Shown: piece by piece, positions 1-12,499 of the stretch
How the letters are laid out: every line of letters begins with the position of its first letter
How positions within the stretch are numbered: the first letter of the stretch is position 1
Assembly (NCBI GenBank): GCA_047495785.1
Contig: JBLDXI010000034.1
Span: forward strand, 1,178,001-1,242,000
Direction of reading: 5' to 3'
From: Lepidodermella squamata
Taxonomy: Eukaryota > Animalia > Gastrotricha
Length of the DNA stretch: 64,000 bases
Made by a program: the position numbers and the translations under genes
The notes under the pieces: model-generated
Database searches by the model: none
Seen by the model: the letters and a program-made list of their open reading frames with translations, nothing else
Told to the model about the DNA's origin: nothing

Positions 1-856
1 GAGATTCGTGATGAGACCAGATTCGCCAAAAATACGCTACAGGCTATTCAAATGGGTCAAATATCGGACTCTCATTGATAACTGGAACTTACAAATGAAA
101 TTGCTAGAATCCAAATCACTACGACAAAGCTTGAATGAAACCCAGCGAACTTATCCTCATAGATAGGACTCAGGCACCCTTTTTGGCATTGCAGCCCCCC
201 AGCTGGGCATGAAGTAGAATTGAGGCCAGGGTAAGCTTGGTCACATTTCGGTAAATCGTAAACCCCGCAGCATCCGAATTTTTCGTTACCATACTCCAGT
301 AGAAGAGGTTCTGTAGTGTTAGGATACAGCCCGGCTGCTTCCTGTAACAAGGTTCGTTCCAGCTCAACCTTGCCGGGTTTGATAACCACTAGGAACGCCA
401 AGGTCCAAACCTCCACGGCTACAAAGCAGTGAAACGTGTAGAAAATCAGCGACATTGCCGTAGGCGCTTTTTTCGTGAAAATTCCGAAGGGTAACGCTAC
501 GAGGGCGGGTATTTGAAGCGCGGCTATTGTTGTTCCGAAAGCAACCATCGCGTATATGATGTAGTAGTTTGTTGTTGTGAATGTTTCCGAAAAGGCATCA
601 CGCAGTAGTTGGAAATCAGTGGCGAGGAGCGAAAAGCCTTAAGATACATCGCAAAAATCTTCAGTTTTAATGCATTTGCTAAAACACTCACCGAAAAATG
701 TAATTGCAGTGAGGGAAAGCTGAGGGTATAGATTTGGCTTATTACGGTCAAGTTTCAAGGGAAATTACATACCCCCACGAAGAATGCCACAGTCATGCCG
801 AAATAGAATATAATCCATTTCACGCCAAACTTTCCGGGATTAACCAAGTGGGACAT
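1..856 (-). CDS. Divergent tetraspanin-like protein (spliced; 3' end runs off the window)
   Basis: ATG at 856 (MSHLVNPGKFGVKWIIFYFGMTVAFFVG), short GT-AG introns, then joins ORF 72..548. Four hydrophobic segments; EC2 has GCCG...C..YPG..C..C..GCL. A last intron near 42-90 leads to an exon that continues past position 1. Confidence 0.75.
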
Positions 857-1542
857 TTCAGTTGATCAACCTTGGCTCATCGACTAGCTGCGATATTAAG
901 GAGGTGCAAGTTATTTTTTTCTTTCAACCGGACTCTAATCTTATTTCTTGCTATCTGTGCGTGCTCGGGTTTATCTAGCGATAACGGCCGTGGTCATTTC
1001 GATTAACCACTACCCACGAAAAACTGAATGACCGTGCCAATTTACTTCGCCCACTGATAACGGTGATAACTCACGGTGATGCGCGAACCCTATCGCTATC
1101 CGTTATAGGTTATAGCGACCGACTCATCTAAGCGGCTTCTTTTGCTCTATTTTTCAGTTCTTTTTATCAAATTTGTATAATTTCCACAAAAATGTGGGCA
1201 AAATCTGATTTGTAATTCACCGGCACATATGACGTCAATTGGTGAGGTAAATCGGCGAAAAATAACATGCAAATCGGTAAACAACAATAAGTGAAACGTG
1301 TGTAATCTGGCGAAAATAGTCTGTAAATTCATGAAAAAGCGAATAAATAGCCGCACAACCGCGCTACCGGTCATATGTCTCGCGCGATAACGCGCAGTGA
1401 GGTGAGCTGATGGTCAGTGCGCGCAATGACCAGCGGTCATACCTTATCTTACGCGATTGCGATAAGCCCGCGAAAATACAAATAGCCAGTCATCAGTCGA
1501 TGAACGTTTCACCTTCATGAGCTAACTACTGATATTTCACTG

Positions 1543-4500
1543 ATGGATAAACATTTGATGACTTCACTGCTTCTCCTGCTCTTCTTGCCTGGTAAGCTTC
1601 TCAATTTGAATTTAATTAATGAAAATATTAGTAATTAATTATTTTAATTATGAATATTCAAAATTGTTATTTATAAATTTCAATATATTAATACGAGTCA
1701 CGGCATTCAAACAGCAAAAACGACAACACAACATAAACACAATGCATACTTTACATGGTAATTTTTGCTGTTTTGTCGCGTTTGCTGTTTTGGGTAATTG
1801 CTGTTATGGCTGTCTGCCTATTACGACCAAATATGATTGATCTTTGTTGTTTTATTAGTTTGCCTTGGCTCGCCGTCCTGCATTGATTCGGAAATCATCA
1901 ATATATCAGATGCAGTTGTTATTTCCGAGGACAATCTAACGTCTAATCATTCAACATTTTGTTGGAAATTGCAAGCTGATCCCAGTTCAATAATTCTGTG
2001 AGTTCAATTTTCTTTGCCACATTTCAGAATGCTCATGTGACTTTTAGGGCGTCGATTTCGCGGCTTAAATTGGACTGTTCACGTGGCGATTACTTTGCAC
2101 TCTACGACTCGGACACGCCTCGACAGGAGGCGCTGCTATTTCGAGCCTGCGATGGCCAGATTGATTATTACTACTCGGCTACAACCGTCAAAACCACATC
2201 GAATTGCGGTTTCCTACATCTTGAGCTAAAAACAACGCAAGGGCGCGATAAGCCGATCGATTTCCAAGCGTTTTTCACGCAAAGTAAGCATTGCCTTTAC
2301 CTACTTATCTTGGTGTAATTGCGATTTAGTTGCGGATCCATCAAATGGAAGGCGTGGCCCGTCGCACCGCAATGAGACGATTTTTCTGGAAAAGGGACGG
2401 CCGCATGTGATTACAAGCGATGGCTATCCGGAATTCTACCGCAATAACACAAACAACAGGTGGCAAATCCTGGCGTCTCCGGGAGCAATAATCAGGTTAG
2501 GCTTGAATTTGACCTAAATTATCCATAAAAACCGCACAATGACTGAAATTGAAACAGAGTAAAGGCTATAACGCATCAAATCGAGGAATGCTACCAGTGC
2601 AACTGCGACTATTTGATATTGGCTGAAAAAGAGCAAGAAGAAGGCGAAAACAGGTTATGTAGACCGGCCCTTCACATTTTCAAGACGAAAGGTAACGAGC
2701 TGAATGCTGAGTTTTCGACTGATTCAACGATAACCCCCACTGCGGTGCCTTGGATGAAAACTGGATTCAGCTTAGATGTAGAAGAAGGTTTGAAGGCCTG
2801 TCCGAGATTTAGTTCGCTTACTATACTTTCCGATTCCAGTGTTTCCAAACGAGGTGAAATCGAGTTGTTATCGAGAAATCAGGATCATTGATGTATCGTC
2901 TCGTGAGAGGGGTGTCTTAACAAATTCTGATCTCTACGAAGACAACACAGACTGCACGTGGGAATTGCGAGCCGCGAAAGGCTCCCGGTTACGATACATG
3001 GTCCGCGTCTATTGGATCGAACGATGCTCCTCTTGCAATTGCGACTACCTAATTGTCAGCGACGATATTAAGTCTGTTGGTTTCAATGGCAGCGGCTCAT
3101 CGATAGAGCCGATTTTGCGAGACTGTGGCGAATCAGCCCATACTAGCGCACCTAGCTTGAGCGTTGGCAGCTCTATATTCATCAGATTCGTTACAGACAG
3201 TACAGTGGTAGCTCCTAGTGATGTAACATCAAGTGGGTTCGAAATCACCTACGAAGAAAGTAAGAGGAATTCTAAATTTTAAGGCGGATTTTTTATTAAT
3301 TTTTTCCAAGTTCCTGGATCGTTTTGCCGCTCAAAAAATTACGTCAGCGATTTGCCCAGTGGTTCGATTCAAAATTTCGAGTACCCGCTGCATTACCATG
3401 AAAACGTTCGATGCCAGTGGCTGATCACGGTTTCATATGGCGCGAAAATTCGACTAAACCTTAACGTATCTTGGCTCGATCATTGCTCCGGGAATTGCTC
3501 GGAATGCGACTCTGTAGCAATTTACGACGGGCACATTCGTTCTAAAGAGAATCTGATTGCTGAAGTTTGCAAAAGTGGCTACGTTCAAGAATTGACGACT
3601 ACGACTAATATGGCTTTGGTTATCTTCAATTCTGACTCAGTTACAGAAAAAATTGGCGAGGATTTCGAAAGTTCAGGCTTCCAACTAAGATTCGAAGAAT
3701 GTAAGCTATTTTGCATAATTTTCGGTTTTTCATCCATTGGCCATCTTCAGTTTGGGATGTGGAAGGAGTAATTCACGCTTCTGAGGTCACTATGTCTACA
3801 AATGGTAAATTGGTTTTGGCTTCCTGAATGAAATTTATCGATTTATTCTGTAGAATTGGCTTCTCTGCTCTCTGTTCTTGCCGGAATCATTGTTGCTACT
3901 GCATTTTCAGCTGCAATTTTGAAATTTACGCGTAAGAGAGGAAAATCTCTGCGTTCGTTAGTGCCCCTGCCCTTAGTACCCCTCAACTCAAACAGCAACT
4001 ACTACGTTACGCGAGACCATTTCCAAATCAAACGACTGGACAAACAATGGCTTACCACGTACGACGATCAGGTCCTGGGAGGAGGCCAGTCTGGGATTGT
4101 GACTAAAGGCCTCCTGAAAACATCTTCTGATGGCGAGGGAATTATTGTCGCGGTTAAACGAGCGAAGACGCAAAAGGATGATGCTAAAAGGTTGATTGAA
4201 GAAGCGACGATCATGCAACGCTTGAGCCATCCAAATGTACTCGAGCTTCTCGGAATCGTAAACCTCGATAGCCATCCCCGTTTGGTTTCTCCTTTCATCG
4301 AAAAGGGGAATCTCAAAGACTTTCTCAGAAGACCCGAGTCGCAGGGATTAACAGAGGACCAATTGATGAAGTTTTGCCTTGAAATTTGTACCGGGGTCAA
4401 GTATTTGGCGAACAACTCATTTATCCATCGGGATTTAGCATGCCGCAACATTTTGGTGGGTGACGTTATGAAAATTGCGGATTTCGGCATGGCTTGCTAC

Positions 4501-5027
4501 ACCGGCCAAAATAACTATGTCGTTGAGGATATCCAGCCGATGCCTGTTAAATGGCTGCCTCCGGAATCGCTAAAACAGCATTTGTTCGAAGTGGAAAAGT
4601 GCGATGTTTGGTCGTTTGGAGTTGTATGCTGGGAAATTTTCTCACGTAAGAGATTCCGTAGTGGACTTATTCCGATTTATTTTCTTATACTAATTCAGTA
4701 TGCGAAACGGAACCCTATCACGATCTGGATAACAGTAAGGTTTTCGAAGAAGTTTCAGACAAAGGACGACGTCTCCCGCGCCCGATGCGCTGCCCTCTAG
4801 ATTTGTAAGTTCTTTCTTGAGCTCAGGATAAAATTTCGAATTTTTCATTTTTAAGCTATGATAAAGTCATGAGTATATGCTGGGCAAAGAAAAGTGTTGC
4901 CAGGCCGATTGCTGAGGCTCTTTGCGATACCATTCACGGCCAGTTGATGCGTTTGGAACGAGCTAATTCAAGCAGTCCGAGTTTTTACATTACTTGCGAT
5001 CAAAACGAAGCTATACACAATGATTAA
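1543..5027 (+). CDS. Receptor tyrosine kinase with four CUB domains (about 11 exons)
   Basis: Signal peptide exon MDKHLMTSLLLLLFLP (1543-1591). CUB-like exons at about 1859-2283, 2330-2788, 2840-3259 and 3311-3700 (CxW.I/L..., CDYL, F.SD...GF). TM LSVLAGIIVATAFSAAIL. Kinase motifs GGGQSG, VAVK, HRDLACRN, DFGMA, MPVKWLPPE, DVWSFGV. Spliced C-lobe exons 4699-4804 and 4856-5027 end in TAA. Confidence 0.88.
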
Positions 5028-5384
5028 GAGACAATTTGCCAGTTTTAACGTTGCATTTTATTTTTTTCATATGTTTTTTGTTCAGTCTTTTCTCAACCTT
5101 GGATAAATACGTTTTGTGCAAAAAATATAAATATTGTGCAAGTGAAAGCGTGCTCGGTGTAGATATAATTCTAGCGTGCAAATCAATCACAACATCGCTT
5201 CAATAAACCAACAAACTTTCTTCGTTATAAAGGCCATTTGCTGGTTTATCGGAATAATAGAAAAGGAACGCAGGAACACTATCATTCATCGGTCCAATTC
5301 CTAGTTTTACTCACTCTTTCTAGCCCTTCCCATGACTAAAGGAGAACGATTTCAGTTCCTGCGACCTCGATCTATGGAAACGTT

Positions 5385-5813
5385 TCACTTGTTCATAACC
5401 GGGCTGTCGCTGTCCTGCCGGAACAGCACAGCAACGTACACCTCATCTGACAAATCGATCTCCATAGTGATGTCGTACGGACGTCCATAGGAATAGGCCG
5501 CGTCATTCGAGACTGCCTTAGTGTGGACAACGCTCTGCCAAGTACCAGGGTACGAACTCTCGAACTTGTGCTTCAAGTAACTCGCCACGGCTTTCCCAGA
5601 TTTCAAACCGAACTGCTTGAAGGCCTCGTCGAACGCCTGAAGAGCTGCTTTCTCGACTTCGTTCGGAAGTAAATCGTCTTTTGACACGGTTTTCGCTGAT
5701 GGTATCAAATCGTTGATTTGAAGAGCGCCTGAATCAGGATTCGGTCGATTACGGCACTCGATCGACGCGCAGATCAGGCACGCGAAAATCACCGAGATGC
5801 CATGTCCGCGCAT
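5385..5813 (-). CDS. Secreted protein with dynein light chain type 1 (LC8)/ground-like fold
   Basis: Single-exon 142-aa ORF with a hydrophobic N-terminal signal. EKAALQAFDEAFKQF...VASYLKHKFESSYPGTWQSVV...VAVLFR parallels LC8 ([21 protein letters not shown]...AILLFK). TATA-like motif near 5899-5904. Confidence 0.65.
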   Translation of the reverse strand: MRGHGISVIFACLICASIECRNRPNPDSGALQINDLIPSAKTVSKDDLLPNEVEKAALQAFDEAFKQFGLKSGKAVASYLKHKFESSYPGTWQSVVHTKAVSNDAAYSYGRPYDITMEIDLSDEVYVAVLFRQDSDSPVMNK

Positions 5814-7206
5814 TTTGGTTCAGGAATAATAATCACCGGGTTGGAAAAAACAATTCGCGGAAAAAGACTGGCTGGTTTCACGGTTTTTTGTGTGTACTTA
5901 TATACATTCCGTGACTTCGATGTGATTGGTCGCGATTGTATGTGTCAAAATAGCTACTCGGCAGACGGTGCGTGACGAAATTGGAAAAAAATGCTGATAA
6001 CGGGGTTGGGCTTCGTCACATTTCGAAAAAGTGGGGAAAAATTAATCATTTCTTCCTTCTATTTGTCACGTTCAGCAACGTTCAGCAGACACGGTCAATA
6101 AGGCAAAATAATTAAACAGTAAATTACATGGAAATCCATGGCTTTTATGAATCAGGTACCGTAATCCGGTACAACCTTGAACACCTACGTCCATGCAAGC
6201 TTCAATTTACTGTGTAAATTCAACAGATGAGATTTTTGTCGGGTTTTCAACGTAGTTCGACTGGGACCGCCCTCCGTAACATCCTGATTATTTTGATTCT
6301 CGGAAATTTGCAAGCGTAAGGATTTGGCAAGGGGTACCCCAAAAGTACAACTTAGAACGCCAGGATTTCGTGAAATAAAAAATCCACCTTTATGCGCGCG
6401 CAAAGTATTTTGTGCAAATTTCATTGAAATTAGCGATTTTCACCCCACTGGTTTGCTTTAGAGAGAACATACCGAACAAAAATCGAACGAAAATCTTTTT
6501 TATTTGCCCTCAGTTGACATACAAATTAAATTTAAAGGCAGAAAATCGTAATCTGGTACAACTTTGAACATTTCACGCAAATCAGTATTTCTCTGTACCA
6601 TGGAGATCTAGCCAAGCTTATACTTATACCAAGGCATGCGCTCAAAGCTGGAAGGATAGCCGGTACAGCTTTGAAAACGATAGGAATTCATTATTTTGAC
6701 TTTAAGGAGAATGTTTCGTGATCTTTGCAAACTTTGTTCGCGTTTACTGTCAAGCATAGAGATCGTAGTGGTCCGAGAGGAAATTTCCTATCGCGCATGG
6801 TGAACGGAGTGATCACTTCATTCACTATGCTATCTCGTAATGGCAACGAATAATTTTCAAAATCCGAGAACATTTTGAATTTTGAATTTTGTAGAAACTT
6901 GGCAAAATGTTCTACAAATCCCCCACCCAAGTCGCACACTGCCGTTTTTAATCTACTTTGAAGTGTTGCTCGGCGACAACCGGAGCTGATACAGACTTGG
7001 CTGCAACTTGATGCCTTTCTGAAGAAGTAGCAGTAATGGCACGTCCATCAATAGTCAATAGATTAGTTTTGGCGTGGCAAGCGTTCAAAGTTGCAAGGGT
7101 TGCCGGTTCATACAACTCCGAACACCTAAAAAGCCCCTTTTATCCAATCTTCAATCAGAACGGTTGCTTGTTAGGAAATGATAACATTTCTTATCTCCGG
7201 TGACAT

Positions 7207-7215
7207 TTCTAGGAA
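7207..7215. promoter_or_regulatory. STAT/GAS-type site TTCTAGGAA with flanking GATA sites upstream of the kinase-ankyrin gene
   Basis: Exact TTCN3GAA match about 190 bp upstream of ATG 7407; GATAAC and CTTATCT nearby. The same 9-mer is upstream of Pellino. Confidence 0.35.
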
Positions 7216-7406
7216 ACGAAGCGCACCTACTTGATACGACAGAAAACATGCTTAGTGCACGGCAAACAGACCGAACGCAGTTGATACAATTTAGGCGGTA
7301 TAAAATTTAATCTTTGGAAGTGGGATTAAATCCCACTAATCGAATTATAACACTCACCAGGCATCCATATTTTACCTGAATCTGGCAGATTAACCTCAGC
7401 TGGAAA

Positions 7407-10157
7407 ATGGCCTCTGGACCTTACAAATCAATGTCAGAGTTCACGATAGTGAAATTATTGGGCCGTGGAGGCTTCGGATCAGCGTGGCATTGCCGGCGAA
7501 AGGAGGACTATGCAGATTATGTTGTCAAAGGAGCTAGTCTATCAGAAATCCGGCGTAGAAACATGACAGACGCAGAATTAGCCGAAAAAATTGTCGACAT
7601 GACAAGAAAAGAGGTAACTCAGTGTAATATAGTGGTTAAACAAGTCACATTTTAAATTTACTCAGCATATCAAAATGATGCAATTAAATCATCCGAACAT
7701 TGTTCGAGTCTATGCAGCGTTTGAAGGTAGCATTCCGGAGCATTCCATCTTAATCTGAATAGACGATAGAATTCATCTCTTGCAGAGTTGAATAAAGAAT
7801 CAACAGAAAATGCCAGAATCGGTGATTCGATGTATTACCTTGTGATGGAGTTTTGTGACGGGGGCGATTTGTCGAAGTACTATCGGAAAGCAACTGGCCC
7901 AATACCTGAAATCCGAATTCAATCCTGGTCGCGACAACTAGTGTCAGCCGTCAAGTTTCTGCACGATAACTCGATCGTTCATCGCGATATCAAACCCGAG
8001 AACATATTTTTGAGCAGCGATTGTAACACCGTGAAACTAGGCGATTTCGGTATTGCAAAGGAATATAACGCGTAAAAATTGACAACTTCATTAATCGACC
8101 TTATAAATGCGATTCATTTCAGGGAATCCGCGACAACGTTCACAGGCTTGGCAACTTGGAATTACGCAGCGCCTGAGATTTTAAACGGTGGGCAATACTT
8201 GCCACCATGTGATTGGTGGTCACTGGGCGTCACATTATTCGAAATCTCGAACTTTACAAAACCAGTGAGTTGATTTTTACGAAAATAAGAATATTAATTT
8301 GAAGTGCAATCAAATCAGTTTGATACCTAAGTCGCTATCGTCGTGTAAGTCATAAATCAGGTCTTCCATAAATTGAAGTATTCGTTTCATATTTGCAAAC
8401 AAGGAAACCTCCTAAAAAGTTTGATTTATCGCGCGGCTATTCCACTGAACTTCGCGATTTCGTCATGTCCATGGTTGAAAAAAATGCGAAAAGTCGAGCG
8501 ACTGCTTCCAGGCTTTACAAAAGCAGCTTTATGGTGAAAATCATCGAGCCTATAGCAGTGGCAGCAGCCTTCGACAATAAGATGGAAGAGCAAAGCCCTA
8601 TCAAAATGGTGAAATTAACATTTTGAACTATTTCGAAATAAGAATGGTTTTCCTTAGAAATCGACAACGCGCGAGGTGATTTCTGAGAATACTGAAATGA
8701 ACTCGAAGATTTGGAACATTCTCGTTGGTAATTTGTATCTTTTAAATGATTAAATGGGATGAATAATGTTCGAAATGGTAATAGCAAATGATATCGAGGA
8801 TCCCAACGAGCTGACAAGCGTAGATATAGAGCATTTGTTCAAGAATGTCTCGCTTGGTTTATACAAGGCCGTCAGCAAGTGGAAAACCGGGAACACGAGT
8901 GTGAGCAAAAATGAATTTATTTGCTGCGATTTTTTCAGATCTTTCGTTGTGCAGATGAGTAAACCGATGCAAAATTCGGAGGCAAATATGGATAAGGTAT
9001 GGTCAACTAGAAAGCCAATGAAGGAGATGGCAGGATATTAGATCTATCGCGAGATCACATGCCCCCCATCCTTTGCCTTAGGAATTAGGAATTAGTATTA
9101 GGGAGGGGAAGGGGGGTTTCACCGGCGGTTTCTCAGTCCTCATGTGCAATCGAAGCAGGTAATTCACCTCAGCAGCCTGATCAGAAGATATTCCAAAGAG
9201 AATGGTTATTCTAGTTAGAGCTTGTATAACCTTCATCCAAGATCCGAGGCGAAGTTTCAGCAGCTTTCTAATTTCCATTTATTGTCAAATAGATTGCCCA
9301 GTTGTTCTGTATTTGTTTTCCAGGTGCAATCGCCTGTCGTTAAACCAATTAAATCAAATCCTCATGATAAACAGGTATTTCTTCAAATAAAAACTTCATT
9401 TATTCGTAAGGGACCTAGCTGTAATTTTTAGGAACTCATCGACTGCGTGTGGGCGAAAAAAGATTTGCCTAAATTGGTGCAGCTGCTGTCTAACAAAGAG
9501 CTCAGGTTAACCGCTGACTGCCGAGACAAGTATGGCTTCCCGCTGTTGTACCTCGCCGCGCAAAATGGCTACAACGACGTTGTAGAATCTCTGGCTGGCG
9601 AGTTTAAGGCCGATGTTAATTGCCGGGATAATTATGGAGCGACGCCTTTGTACATCGCCGCATTTAAAGGTCACGTTGAGGTGGTCAACACGCTTGCTGG
9701 TAAATTTAAGGCGGATGTTAACGCAGCCGCGTCTGATGGCGCTACGCCGTTGTACGTCGCCGCGCAGAATGGTCACGTTAAGGTGGTTAATGCCCTTGCT
9801 GGTCAGTTCAACGCCAATGTTCGAACTGCTAACAAAAGCGGCTGGACTCCATTGTACGTTGCCGCCCAGCAAGGCCACGTCGAAGTGGTGAAGGCACTCG
9901 CTGGCCAGTACAAGGCCGATGTTAACGCTGCCCGGGATAATGGCGCGACGCCGTTGATGGCTGCAGCTCATTTCGGCCACTGCAATGTGGTCCATGTGCT
10001 GATAAATACTTTCAAAGCAAATGTAAACGCCACTAACAACGCGGGACGAACGGCTTTACACTACGCAAATAACACTGATGAAAGTGTCTCAGCCGGTGAT
10101 AAGCAGAGAACACTTCAAATGATCCGAAGAGGAATTGTCGAGCAAAGTAAAAAATAA
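7407..10157 (+). CDS. NEK-like Ser/Thr kinase + SAM-like domain + ankyrin repeats (spliced; possible in-frame stop at 8328-8330)
   Basis: GRGGFG, VVK, HPNIV, VMEFCDGGDL, HRDIKPEN, KLGDFG, YAAPE and DWWSLG lie across short-intron exons. SAM-like segment ANDIEDPNELTSVDIEHLFKNVSLGLYKAV. Final exon 9432-10157 has about 5.5 ankyrin repeats of 34 aa. Splice phases join the exons by eye. Confidence 0.75.
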
Positions 10158-10650
10158 CCTTCTAAATGTTGACTCAATTCTTGATGACAAGTCAAACCTC
10201 ATAATGATTCACCCTGCTTGCATCACGGATGATAAATAAATATATAGCTTGCAGCTTCCCCTCCCCCACGAGAGGCATAAATAAAGACATTTCAGCCCAA
10301 ATGTCTCCACGGCATAAAATAAGCTTAACATAACATCGCCAATTAAAGAATTGTCCCTCGAAACGGCCGATGTCTTTAGTTGATATGATCGGCAAGACTT
10401 AAGAATATACAACTCGTAAATCATGAATTGACAACTTTTAAGAGCCTAAATACGAGTGCCACGGTCATCCATGTCATCGTCGTTCACAACCGTGAAAAAT
10501 GTCCTCCAAAAGTTTATTCAAGAAAAGCAGGGTCAATTAAGCAAACAACCGATAAATACTGAATAATACTTGTTCGAATCGATCAAATGTCTTGCATTGA
10601 TTATATTATATTATATTACCGCGGAAAATTTATGCCATCTTATTGCATTA

Positions 10651-12253
10651 TTAGTCCAATTCGTCGAAGGTAAGGATAAGCTTAATGAACTTGCGATTAG
10701 CAACTAGCGTGTTGCCGCAGAACGGGCACAGTGACGAGACAGGATCGGTCAAAAACGCAACGTTCGACCAGGCCTGAGCGGTTGACAAATTGACAACATG
10801 TCCGCATGGGTTGAAGCAGTACTCGAGCGGGTCGTCTTTAACGAAAAACATGGCCTCGCGAGCGGCCTGAAGTGGGACCAATTTACCGGCGGCGTTGCAG
10901 GACGCAACTGGGCACTTATCGCTTGGCAGGGCTTTGCCACTGGTGCCGATTTTAGAGACCACGTGACCACAGCCGAGGTAGACGTGGGGCAGCTTTGAAT
11001 CGTCAAACTCTTCGGTGCCTGCCATCGTTTTTTGCAGCTGGCCTGGCAGCAATGTCCCGAAGCCTTCGGCAGCCGACAAGAGTTTGCACCCGTCTCGGTC
11101 GAGTGCTTTCTTCAACCACTGATCAGTCACAGTTGGGTTTGTTGTCCGCCACAGCAGCGCAACACCGCCTAGATCTATGATTGTCCCATCGACTAGCGTG
11201 TTCGTATCACCGGCGTGATCAGCCTCGGCGTCCTTAGTCGGCCGTTTCCTTGTTCCATTCAAATTAAATACCTTGCCAAATACCGATACCTAAAACGAAC
11301 AATGCGTCAAATTTCGAGTAGCAGATAAAAATAGTTATGTCCGAAACTAGGTCAAAATTCATTTTGACAGGATTTAACAAATTTAAGTCAAGATTGGAGA
11401 AGTTGAAGAAAATCGAATGTGTCCAAAACTAGGTCAAATCTCAACATCCGGCTTACTGTTACGCATAGGTTGAATTAGCTACATTTTTTTACGATAAAAG
11501 TAATAAATTGTACTCACTTCTCTCCAATCGTCTTTCAAGTCCCGGCCAGGGTTGACGAATCCGAGAGGCGTGTTATTGGGAGGTTTCAACATGATTATTC
11601 CATTAGCCGTGAAAGCATCTGTCTTGCCGTCTTTTCTTTCAAATACTTGCCCGGCATTCTCGCCCAGGAAAACTGACCAACAAAAATTCGCAAATTAGAA
11701 AATCATCTCAACATTTTAACTCACTCTGTTTTTTATCATCGAACCCGCCGGCGAAAATTTCCGCTCGTTTGCATGTCGGTTCAACGACGATGCGGCAGGC
11801 GTAACGCGATACGGTTGATATGCCGCGCGGCACGTCGACGTAGTAATCGACCTTATTCTTAGCGCGGCCTATCTGGTACATCTGGTGGTCGGGCGCCGGG
11901 GCGAATTCGACCTTCTTATCGATGTTGCCCTGAGCCATGTGCACGACAGAGAAGCCAGGCTGGATTGCGTCGGCGGCTTCGCGAATCGACTTCAAGTCGC
12001 GCAGAGGAATGACAGCTGTTGATATCTCCTTTTCTTCCAAAACGAATTTATTCGACCTTTCGCCATCAGGTGCGCCATTCATTCTTGGAAAAAACAAATC
12101 TCAATTATAAATGAATTATTGAATAATAATAATTATTATTAAGAACATTTTTAAAATATTCGTTATTGCTGGCTGTTGGTAGCCGTTAGATATTTGTTAG
12201 ATATTTGAGTTATGTTCTTACCCGATGACGCAGAGCACTCCATACTTCGCCAT
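10651..12253 (-). CDS. PELI: Pellino-family E3 ubiquitin ligase (divergent; 4 exons)
   Basis: Exon 1 MAKYGVLCVIG. FHA-core motifs YQIGR, STVSRYACRI, AGGFD, FLGENA, ANGII, WREVSVFG, LVDGTIIDLGGVALLWRT. C-terminal CHC2CHC2 RING-like region (CGH..CP..C..PCGH..CPFC). Confidence 0.92.
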
Positions 12254-12349
12254 TCCAGAAAGCTTTTCTTAGTCAAAAGGTGTTGTACCGTCTCAAAATG
12301 AGCCTTTTGTTTTATTACGCGTTCAGTCGTAGTGGCAAAAATAAAAGTC

Positions 12350-12499
12350 TTATCTAAGTTGCATTGGAAAAGATAAGCTTAGGACGTGCAATTTCTAGGA
12401 ACAGTGAGCGCGTTTCGAGACGATAAGGTGCGTAGGAAAGATAATTCTGAAATTGCCCACTGTTTGAAGTCTAACAAATTGAACATCTAAAATGAGTCA
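12350..12499. promoter_or_regulatory. Pellino upstream region with GATA, STAT (TTCTAGGAA 12393-12401) and AP-1 (TGAGTCA 12493-12499) motifs
   Basis: Motifs read directly; the GATA and AP-1 sites are retained in the duplicated copy at about 15500-15660. Confidence 0.4.

Noticed and set aside
6150-7130. Recurrent GGTACAACYTTGAACA-like motifs considered as a CRISPR-like array
   Set aside because: Irregular spacing, degenerate copies and eukaryotic context; more likely subterminal repeats of a decayed TE whose ends I could not define.
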